Shown one piece after another: positions 25,903 through 33,159 of a DNA stretch of 33,159 bases. The notes beneath the pieces are model-generated. The model worked only from the letters and a program-made list of their open reading frames with translations, was not told the DNA's origin and did no database searches. The stretch lies in NCBI GenBank assembly GCA_964012805.1, contig CAXGUD010000041.1, forward strand, positions 1 through 33,159, in the 5' to 3' direction. Each line of letters begins with the position of its first letter. Position 1 is the first letter of the stretch. This DNA comes from an uncultured Bacteriovoracaceae bacterium (GTDB lineage Bacteria; Bdellovibrionota; Bacteriovoracia; Bacteriovoracales; Bacteriovoracaceae). The translations under genes were made by a program, and so were the position numbers.

Positions 25903-27153
25903 TTAAGGTAGTTTTTTTTCTAACAAATCAGCAATTTTCACAGCAATGTTCTTTTTGCCCACAATTTTTTGAGCTTCTTCTTCCTTTGTAACTGACCAAA
26001 TCACCTGCTCACCTTCTTTTTCAAAATCTTCTTTTCTATTGGCCATAATTATTGGATATTCATTCAAACGGGCCCTTGCCTTTTCCATAAGCTCATCATG
26101 AGTTAGGTTCTCTTCATATTTAAAAGTTACCATGTAGAGTTCTTTATAAAGGGCGCTTACCTTTTCTATGACTTTTTCCGTAGGACTTAAATCAATTCTT
26201 AAAGAGCTCTGTCCGCTTTTAATTTTTCCATTTCCCATTTTTTTAGGAGCATAATCGGCCACACTTGCTGAAAAGATTCCTGCAGTAAAAGATCCTTCTT
26301 CTAATACCTTTAAAACAAATTCTTTATATTCCTCATAGCTTTTGATGTTTTTAAAATTTAACCACAGGGGAGGATTATATTTTCCTGCACCATTTATTAA
26401 AAATACATCACTTCCCCTCAAAGTTAGCTCCTCGGCAATTAAACCTCCAAGCTTTCCTGTAAAGTGATTAGTTAATACTCGGATCCCATCTATCGGGACA
26501 GGAGTTGGACCTCCTGTTACCAAAATAGACTTCCCTTTTAAAGGCGACCTGCTTAGCAAACGGCTTAAAAAAACCGTAATGATTTCTTCATCAGGTATAT
26601 TATGCTTTCCATAGTCATCTCTTGGTTTTAAAAAATGGCAGCCCATTGACTTTAACTTTTTGCAAGATTCTATAAAAAGTGAATTATGCATACTTCCATG
26701 CATAGTTGGACAAAAAATTACCTTCGTTTTTCCCCTTTCTAATTTTCCTAAAGCTGAAGCCATAATACTCGTTGTCGGTGTATCTGCAATCCCCTGGGAG
26801 ACTTTATTGATGAAATTGTAAGTAGCTGGTGCAACACAAAAAGCATCGAATGGACTTTGATCACTTAAATGCTCAGCCTCGTAGGTTAATCTGGTTACAA
26901 TGTCTCGGTTGGTGCTCCAAGCAAGGGCATCTTTTCCAACATACCTTGAAGCTTCCTCTGAAAGGAAAGCCGTTACTTTGGCACCTTGCTTTCTTAATGA
27001 TCTACAAATAAAAGGAGCTTTCATAGCTGCTATTCCGCCAGTCACGACAAGAGCGATTTTCATTCCATTTAAGTGTTTTCCTAGAAGCGGTACTTCTCTG
27101 TCACCTAGGGCTTCAGATTGAGGAGGTGAAAAATCCCACTCAAAAAATTTCAT
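25903..27153 (-). CDS. coaBC: Bifunctional CoaBC/Dfp-like flavoprotein (atypical motifs)
   Basis: CoaC half: VTGGIAAMK, EH, VAPATYNFINK..GIAD, PTMH..M. CoaB half: ILVTGGPT..PID..R..TN..TGKLG, SASVADY, PTEKVI. Confidence 0.85.
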   Translation of the reverse strand: MKFFEWDFSPPQSEALGDREVPLLGKHLNGMKIALVVTGGIAAMKAPFICRSLRKQGAKVTAFLSEEASRYVGKDALAWSTNRDIVTRLTYEAEHLSDQSPFDAFCVAPATYNFINKVSQGIADTPTTSIMASALGKLERGKTKVIFCPTMHGSMHNSLFIESCKKLKSMGCHFLKPRDDYGKHNIPDEEIITVFLSRLLSRSPLKGKSILVTGGPTPVPIDGIRVLTNHFTGKLGGLIAEELTLRGSDVFLINGAGKYNPPLWLNFKNIKSYEEYKEFVLKVLEEGSFTAGIFSASVADYAPKKMGNGKIKSGQSSLRIDLSPTEKVIEKVSALYKELYMVTFKYEENLTHDELMEKARARLNEYPIIMANRKEDFEKEGEQVIWSVTKEEEAQKIVGKKNIAVKIADLLEKKLP

Positions 27154-27320
27154 GGATAAAAGTCCCTTCTTTTTAAATGAATTGCCTTTTATCTATTCGG
27201 TAATCTAAATTCGTTTCTTGAGCTAAACAAGCAAGTATTCATCAACAGAAATTTATTGAAAGGGAAAGTCTAGTCGTTGATTAGAGGTCCTCAAATAAGT
27301 TTGTTTAATTATTTTGATCA

Positions 27321-27356
27321 ATAAAAAAGGGGGCAACGCTGTGCCCCTTTTTTTAT
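27321..27356. terminator. Intrinsic terminator (A/T tracts on both sides) after the H1-like gene
   Basis: AAAAAA-GGGGGCA-acgctg-TGCCCC-TTTTTTT. Confidence 0.85.
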
Positions 27357-27398
27357 CTTAATTTGAATTTTCTTAACGTTAACTTCTCTAAAAAACTC

Positions 27399-28124
27399 TT
27401 ACTCATCAAAATCTTCTTCTTCCATTTCTTTCATGATTTCTTTTGCTCTTTCCTGGGCCTTACCGAGACACTTTTGGATACCTTTTTCAGCTTCTTCGCC
27501 CAAATTAACGTAGTAAGAAGTGGCCAACTTTTCAAAGGCTTCCATAACAGCACCTTCCATACCAAGGGGCTCATCTTCTTCTTCTTCAATTTCTTCGAAT
27601 TTACTAAGAAGTTCTAAAACAGCAGCTCCAATTTCTTCTCCTTTCGAAGGAACCCAAGTATTAAATGGTGACTCATCATCACTAACCTTTTCATAATGAT
27701 CTAAAAACTCGAGCCAGTTTTTTCCGGTTAAAGAATAAACCCGGTGTTTTTCAGCATGGAGTGTTTCAAAGCTCATCCCATGAGGAACAACCCCGCCAGA
27801 AGATTTATCAACCTTATAAATCGTATTTAAGGCCTTCACCATATGCCCGTAAGTTGGAATTTGTGAGACAGAGGTGTAAACTCCTTCAGAGGGAATAATT
27901 TGGTAATCAACACTCTGAAGAGCTCCAATAGAAGCCTTTTTAGGGGAAGTTGCTCTTCCAGCGACTTTTTTCTTCGAAACTTTTTTAGCAACCTTTTTAG
28001 GTGTTTTCTTTGCTGTTTTCTTTGCTTTTTTCTTAGCTGTTTTCTTTGCTGTTTTCTTTGCTTTTTTCTTAGCTGTTTTCTTAGCTGTTTTCTTAGCTGT
28101 TTTCTTAGCTGTTTTCTTTGCCAT
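27399..28124 (-). CDS. Histone H1-like AKK-repeat protein with acidic C-terminal domain
   Basis: 13 tetrapeptide units (AKKT/AKKK/PKKV/AKKV/SKKK), then an unrecognised domain with EEIEEEEDE and terminal EMEEEDFDE. AAGGA RBS. Confidence 0.75.
   Translation of the reverse strand: MAKKTAKKTAKKTAKKTAKKKAKKTAKKTAKKKAKKTAKKTPKKVAKKVSKKKVAGRATSPKKASIGALQSVDYQIIPSEGVYTSVSQIPTYGHMVKALNTIYKVDKSSGGVVPHGMSFETLHAEKHRVYSLTGKNWLEFLDHYEKVSDDESPFNTWVPSKGEEIGAAVLELLSKFEEIEEEEDEPLGMEGAVMEAFEKLATSYYVNLGEEAEKGIQKCLGKAQERAKEIMKEMEEEDFDE
27966..28121. repeat. 12-bp coding tandem repeat (13 imperfect copies)
   Basis: Unit TTTCTT(A/T)GCTGT on the + strand, encoding the AKKT repeats. Confidence 0.9.
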
Positions 28125-28186
28125 TCTTTTTCCTTAAATTTTGTTAAATTTTAAAATATAAAACCTTCAAATGATTAAAGGCCAAT

Positions 28187-28828
28187 TTATTCTTCAGAGT
28201 ATTTGGAAACTTTTGTTCTGACTCTTAAAACTTCAACCCCTCTTTCAATATCTGTCATCCGAATGTTGATAGAGTATTGTTTAATTGCTTTCCCGTCCCT
28301 CTTCCTTTCCTGCATGTAGACATTTCCAAAAATCAAAAGATCAGCTCCCGTTTGCTTGCCAATCATCTTACTCGTACTTGGATCGACAGCTCCGTCATTT
28401 TGAAATTGAATCTCCTTTAAGAGGGTATCCCTTGCGGCCCTATCAACAAGGACAAAGTCCCCGGACTCAGAAATACTATTCAAAAACTCATCATTGAGGT
28501 CATTAATAGGAAAACCCTTATCAGAAGTCAAATTTTGAACATTGCTAATAAAAACGGCAGGTGTTTTTCCAGCGTTCCTAAGGTATTTGCGAAAACCTCT
28601 ATGCTTATCTATTTTTTGTGATAACTCACTCACAACCTGTTCTGTATCAGCAGCTAGCCACTTATCCGTTATCGTTAAAGCCTTTTCATCTGATTCCCTA
28701 CTTCCAACTCGTTTGGCTTGAAAACTCCCACAGGAAGAAAAAATCACAGAGAGAAGGACACAGAAAATGATTCTTTTGAAAAAACTTATATGAAATTGGG
28801 CCATTTTAACATTCCTTGATTCATTCAT
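28187..28828 (-). CDS. LpoB-like (CsgG/TolB-N fold) lipoprotein
   Basis: Lipobox FSSC, W...D, VQNLTS, F.LVDRAARD.LL.E..FQ..G.VD.......GKQ.GAD....G, Y.IN..MTDIE.G. Confidence 0.8.
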   Translation of the reverse strand: MNESRNVKMAQFHISFFKRIIFCVLLSVIFSSCGSFQAKRVGSRESDEKALTITDKWLAADTEQVVSELSQKIDKHRGFRKYLRNAGKTPAVFISNVQNLTSDKGFPINDLNDEFLNSISESGDFVLVDRAARDTLLKEIQFQNDGAVDPSTSKMIGKQTGADLLIFGNVYMQERKRDGKAIKQYSINIRMTDIERGVEVLRVRTKVSKYSEE

Positions 28829-28866
28829 CTTTTCATCCTTTTTTTCTTATTCATGAAAATTAAATT

Positions 28867-29586
28867 TTAAAGCTCGCCCCTTCTGGCCTTAACAAAATTT
28901 GAAGCAGCATCTTTGAGTGCCTTTTTTACATTATCTTTGGTTTCAGGATCATCAGCTTTTTGGACAACAAAGTTAGCCGCCTTATCTACAGCATTTTCAA
29001 GTCTATCCTTTTTCATCCTAATAAAAACGGCACAAGTGAACCCTGTAAAATCCCTCTTGGCACCTTTTTCTTTTAAATATTTCCTTTTCTCCCAATAAGT
29101 TTTTACAATTGAGGCTCCATAAATCAGAGATTGGGTCTTTTGGGTCAGGTTATTTGAAACAAACTCTCTTAGGGCCTGAATACTAGGGTTATTTTCATCA
29201 ATACTTGCCTTGCCTTCAACTGAAGAAGCAATGGATTTATCAATAAAAGTGACTATTTCCCCTGCAATATCTGCTTTGGCATTGGCCTTGGCAAGACTAC
29301 AGGCCATATTCCGATTCACTTTTGGCTCTGTTTCATATGAAAAGTAGCGGAACGTTCCAGCATTCTTTTCATTTGATGATGCCCAAACCTCAGCATCTTC
29401 TATCCAACCAGGTCTGGTATTTGAAGAAGCATCCCGAACCTCAAAGTCTCTTTTGATTGTGCTATGAACAACTTCTTTAAGTTTTTTCTCTTCTTTTTTA
29501 GAACTAGAACAGGCTGTAAAAAGTCCTGACAAAGAGCAGACCAGCAAAACACCCAAACATAATCTCGGTTTTAACTTTTTCATCAT
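28867..29586 (-). CDS. Lipoprotein, LPP20-like
   Basis: Lipobox FTAC, RPGWI, A...AKANAKADIA.EI, I.GA..VKTYWE. Confidence 0.65.
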   Translation of the reverse strand: MMKKLKPRLCLGVLLVCSLSGLFTACSSSKKEEKKLKEVVHSTIKRDFEVRDASSNTRPGWIEDAEVWASSNEKNAGTFRYFSYETEPKVNRNMACSLAKANAKADIAGEIVTFIDKSIASSVEGKASIDENNPSIQALREFVSNNLTQKTQSLIYGASIVKTYWEKRKYLKEKGAKRDFTGFTCAVFIRMKKDRLENAVDKAANFVVQKADDPETKDNVKKALKDAASNFVKARRGEL

Positions 29587-29666
29587 TTATTCCCCTTATT
29601 ATTTTTAAAATAAAATTGATTTTATTATTTCAACCATTCATTTGTTGAATCATCTTTAAGTTCAAA

Positions 29667-30695
29667 TTAATCAATTTTTAAAAGACCTATTTCCTCTTGA
29701 ATTCTCCTCTTAATTTCTGGAAGGGCCCTTTCATAGCTTTGCCAAAAACTTCGTCCCGTTTCAGTAACAGCAAAACTAATTGAACCAATTTTAACCCTCT
29801 TTTTATTTAGCGCCTGAACCCTTAGAGAAAACTTATTTTTTTCAAATCCATCCACCCTAAAATAAATTTTTTGGCTTACGAGTTCAATAACCACTCTAAA
29901 TTGATAAGCCTCTCCTTCCTTCTCTATTACTTTAAAGTCATTTTTAATAAGGAGTCTTCTAATATAGTCCTTTAGTCCCAAGTTTTTATCCGGCTCTTTT
30001 GAAGTCAAGTAAACAGTTGTTCCTAAAAGCGCCTTTTTCCTTTTTAAGTCATAAATTGTTTTATAACTAATAGGTGCTTTAATCTTAAAATTCGTAAGGA
30101 ACTCATAGCGTAAATTTAACTTTTGTCTTACCTTTAAAAGACCCAATGCCTGACTTAGTAAGTGCCTTCTTCCATCTTCTATACAATTTTTTAGCAATTC
30201 ATCTATAGATTCGATTTTTGACCTTACTATACGTCCGGCCTTCACTTTATCCAAAGATACAAGTGCAAAAAAACTTTCACCATCATCATAAATTTCTTTA
30301 GTCACAACTCCTTCAAGAACTTCTTCACTCGTCTCTTGAATTTGCTGAGTTAATCCCTCTTCCATTGTCCCTGAAATGACTTGGTCTTTATCAGTGGTTG
30401 TCCTCATAGAAGAATCAATTTTTGTTCTGGCCTTAACACGGACTTTAAATATTTTAGATAGTTCCTTCCTCCCGGATGCTTCCGCTATTAAGCGTCCCGT
30501 TCCCTCCCCCACAGCGCAAAGCTCCTGAGACGAACAAAAATTACTCGTAGAACTAAGCCAAATGGGTTTACCCTTCATTTCCTTAGAAACCTTTTTCCCT
30601 GTGCTCTTACTTTTTGTGGCCGAACCACAACCTCCAAGGATCAAAGTCAGAATTAGTAAAATAAATGTTATGAAAGACTGCCTTTTTAAAAACAA
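29667..30695 (-). CDS. LPP20-family lipoprotein
   Basis: Lipobox LGGC, KP.W, AVGEG.....AE..GR.ELSKIF.V.V, LEGV, FALVSLDK. TTG start after GGGAG. Confidence 0.75.
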   Translation of the reverse strand: MFLKRQSFITFILLILTLILGGCGSATKSKSTGKKVSKEMKGKPIWLSSTSNFCSSQELCAVGEGTGRLIAEASGRKELSKIFKVRVKARTKIDSSMRTTTDKDQVISGTMEEGLTQQIQETSEEVLEGVVTKEIYDDGESFFALVSLDKVKAGRIVRSKIESIDELLKNCIEDGRRHLLSQALGLLKVRQKLNLRYEFLTNFKIKAPISYKTIYDLKRKKALLGTTVYLTSKEPDKNLGLKDYIRRLLIKNDFKVIEKEGEAYQFRVVIELVSQKIYFRVDGFEKNKFSLRVQALNKKRVKIGSISFAVTETGRSFWQSYERALPEIKRRIQEEIGLLKID

Positions 30696-30836
30696 AAATT
30701 TCTCCCTCTTTTCAAACCCTTTTGCTATCTTGATATCTTAGAAAATAAATTGTCCACCTACAATTGTTGTTTTAAGTTTTTAGAGAGAAAATAAATAAAC
30801 TTTTAAACCTCGTTTTATGTCAGAGATTAATTGATT

Positions 30837-32261
30837 ATGAAAACTACGATTCTTTCCAAAATAAAAAGAAACATACTTAATAAACTAAACGCTCAAAAAA
30901 ATCTTTTGGCATTCCCAGTACTTTTACTTTTACTTTTATTAACGAGCTTTAAAGTGAATGGGCGGATTTCAGACAACAGCAGTCAGGAATTGCTTCGAAA
31001 AGAAAGTGTCATTGACCAGATAGAAAAATCCCTCTACGGAGATAACAAACCATCACACGAAACCCAAGAGAGCACAAAGAAAACTTATAATATGAGAAAG
31101 AAAATTTTTGAAAATCGGCTGGAGCTTCAAAAAAGGGACGGAATATCTTCAAAAAAAATTTTAACGGGTAAAGAAAAAGTAAAAGCCATTATGGAGAAAA
31201 ATAGGGCCATTCTCAAAAAAAAGCGGCTCAACCAACAAAAGAAAAATAAAAAAGAATTGAATCATAAAAATGAAAGTTGGTTACAAAAAATGAAAGGCAA
31301 AACCCTTTCTTGGAAAAAAAATCAACAGGGCCAAGTAGACTCATGGCTTTTACAAAAAAAAGCGCTTATCCAAAGATGGAAAAGAGAAAAATTACTTTTT
31401 AACAAAGTCGCTTCACGTTATAAAAAAGTAAGCCTCAACGATTCATCATTTACAAAACTTGAGAAAAAACTCATTGAAAAACACTTAGATTCGGAACCGA
31501 TCAGTTTACCAGTTAAAAAATCAAAGGGTACTTTTGTTATTAAAAGTGCCTTTAATCCAGCGATAAAAAATCAAAAATGGAGGCCTACATGCTCCTCATT
31601 CGCTGCCATAAGAGGCATTGAAATTCTTCTCGCTCAGAAGGGAAAAACCTCCTTAAACTTAAGTGAACAATATTTCTATTGGTTAAGTAAACCTAAATGT
31701 CAAAAAAGTCCATGCCAATCAAGAGGAAGCTCAGCAACTTATGGACTTATCGCTAGTTCTAAAAAATCCTCCCCAGATATTCCTCTTTCTAAAGACTGCC
31801 CTTACAACGAGCTTTCGGAAAAAGGAAATGAAACCCAAATTCCCCTTTCTCCAACATGCTTTCAAGGTTTTGCTCAAATAAACGAATTTTCTTTCCTAAC
31901 GGAAGGAAAAACGACAGAAATCATCAAAGCACTTGAAAATGATTTTCCAATCATTGTAGGCCTTAAACTTTCCCCTAACTTTTATAAAAATAAAGGTCTC
32001 GTCTTAATGAAAGATCTTTCTAAAAAAGGAAGGACTGATACCCACGCTAAAGGACATGCACTTTTACTTATAGGACATATGAACCTTCCTGAAGAGCTTC
32101 ATCAAACTGAAGGTAAGTACTGCTTTTTAACTGCAAATAGTTGGGGAACGGGATGGGGGATTGGTGGGCATGCCTGTTTAAGTGAAAATTGGATAAAACA
32201 TCATATGAAAAGTCAAAAGTTGAAGTACTTTGTTGTTTTAAAAAAAGCCTCTTCAATTTAA
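30837..32261 (+). CDS. Papain-family (C1) cysteine peptidase with long basic N-terminal region
   Basis: KNQ..RPTCSSFA (oxyanion Gln and catalytic Cys), LSEQY.Y, GHALLLIG, NSWGTGWG.GG. Hydrophobic signal or anchor segment near the N-terminus. Confidence 0.9.
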   Translation: MKTTILSKIKRNILNKLNAQKNLLAFPVLLLLLLLTSFKVNGRISDNSSQELLRKESVIDQIEKSLYGDNKPSHETQESTKKTYNMRKKIFENRLELQKRDGISSKKILTGKEKVKAIMEKNRAILKKKRLNQQKKNKKELNHKNESWLQKMKGKTLSWKKNQQGQVDSWLLQKKALIQRWKREKLLFNKVASRYKKVSLNDSSFTKLEKKLIEKHLDSEPISLPVKKSKGTFVIKSAFNPAIKNQKWRPTCSSFAAIRGIEILLAQKGKTSLNLSEQYFYWLSKPKCQKSPCQSRGSSATYGLIASSKKSSPDIPLSKDCPYNELSEKGNETQIPLSPTCFQGFAQINEFSFLTEGKTTEIIKALENDFPIIVGLKLSPNFYKNKGLVLMKDLSKKGRTDTHAKGHALLLIGHMNLPEELHQTEGKYCFLTANSWGTGWGIGGHACLSENWIKHHMKSQKLKYFVVLKKASSI

Positions 32262-32293
32262 AAGATAGTTTTTAAATTTATTAGGAGCAGTTT

Positions 32294-33159
32294 TTGAAAA
32301 AGTTTAAAATAAATTTTTACTCCATTTTTTCCCTTCTTACCATAATCTCACTTCTTCAAAGCTGTGCGACTCCGGTTTTGAGAGACACAACAAGAAATAT
32401 ACGAAGAGAGATTAAAACTGGAAATTATCAAAAAGCCCTTAACGTTATTTTAAGTGAACCAACATATAAAGAAAAAAAGACATCCCTCCTTCTTCATATG
32501 GAACAAGGACTTCTTTATCATCTTATGGGCAAAACAGAGGATTCTTTGAGGCACCTGTCAGAGGCCAAAAATATTCACCAAAAACTTTATACTATTAGTA
32601 TTAAAAAAAAGATACAAACCCTTGTAACAAACGAAACCTTTGATAGTTATTATGGAAGCCTTTTCGAAAGGTCACTCATTCACTTTTATCTGACTCTTGG
32701 ACATTTTAAACTTTATCAAAAAAGCCAAAAAAGAAATCATCTTTTAAATGCCAGAGCAGAAGTTGTGAGCTGGGATTCTTTTTTAGATACTCAGCAAAAA
32801 ACGAGGAGAGGAAGAAGTGTTTTTAAAAATGACCTTTTGGCCAAAACGTTTGGTGCTTATATTCACGAAACGATTGGAACAAAAAAGGAGCTTGGTATTG
32901 CCCTTCAACTATATAAAGATGCGAAAATTCTTCTTTTTAGAAATTATAATTCTTACAAAACATATAATAAATTATCAAAAAAATTTAAGATGGATTTTAA
33001 AAAGTTGCCTCAACTTGGAGAGAAAAGGGTTAAAAAAGATTATGTTCAGGAAACGACCTTTTCGAGCCAACTCATCCAATTCTTAGATAAAAAGATTGTT
33101 TCTCTCACGTTGAATCTTAGACCTTATGAATTAAAAAGGATCACTAAAAAGTTTAATAT
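32294..33159 (+). CDS. COG3014-like helical-repeat lipoprotein, truncated by window end (not in ORF track)
   Basis: AGGAG at 32283-32287, TTG 32294, open for 288 codons: MKKFKINFYSIFSLLTIISLLQSC-ATP...LLLHMEQGLLYH..G....S...L..A...TNETFDSYYGSLFE. Confidence 0.8.
   Translation, partial: MKKFKINFYSIFSLLTIISLLQSCATPVLRDTTRNIRREIKTGNYQKALNVILSEPTYKEKKTSLLLHMEQGLLYHLMGKTEDSLRHLSEAKNIHQKLYTISIKKKIQTLVTNETFDSYYGSLFERSLIHFYLTLGHFKLYQKSQKRNHLLNARAEVVSWDSFLDTQQKTRRGRSVFKNDLLAKTFGAYIHETIGTKKELGIALQLYKDAKILLFRNYNSYKTYNKLSKKFKMDFKKLPQLGEKRVKKDYVQETTFSSQLIQFLDKKIVSLTLNLRPYELKRITKKFN

Noticed and set aside
27966..28121. Repeat array as a possible CRISPR or iteron set
   Set aside because: Contiguous 12-bp in-frame units with no spacers, fully explained by the protein repeat. 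No cas genes present.
54..33086. Many short alternative-frame or antisense ORFs in the track (e.g. 54..242, 2164..2367, 4089..4358, 12890..13090, 20292..20612, 25073..25342, 27900..28154, 32817..33086)
   Set aside because: They overlap well-supported genes and show no recognisable motifs. The CFL-repeat ORF at 27900 is the antisense of the AKK repeat.
1..33159. tRNA, rRNA, transposase, integrase, prophage or known defence systems
   Set aside because: No matching sequence or protein motifs seen by eye. tRNAscan, Rfam and defence-system HMM searches would be needed to exclude divergent cases.

Overview
AT-rich, gene-dense bacterial chromosomal window with about 33 protein-coding loci. I found no rRNA, tRNA, CRISPR array or mobile element. 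Gene content and style suggest Bdellovibrionota (Bacteriovoracaceae/Halobacteriovorax-like), which is inference only. Housekeeping and metabolic genes: cvfB, an acyl-CoA dehydrogenase, yqaA, psuG, yebC, an RluA-family synthase, proBA, a complete LIV-type ABC operon, a cupin, an NRDE/TANGO2 protein and an atypical coaBC. Points of interest: (1) a four-lipoprotein LpoB-like/LPP20/COG3014-like cluster around a papain-family protease, including a 3'-truncated ORF missing from the ORF track; (2) a secreted protein with a caspase/gingipain-like His-Cys dyad followed by a very cationic 4-Cys secreted peptide; (3) an orphan Tat-type DctP divergent from a CheA-like membrane kinase, both broken by homopolymer frameshifts, two of which compensate around the PAS domain; (4) an H1-like AKK-repeat protein with an acidic C-terminus; (5) two long perfect palindromes and recurring sigma28-like promoter motifs. 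All family assignments come from motif recognition by eye, not database searches.
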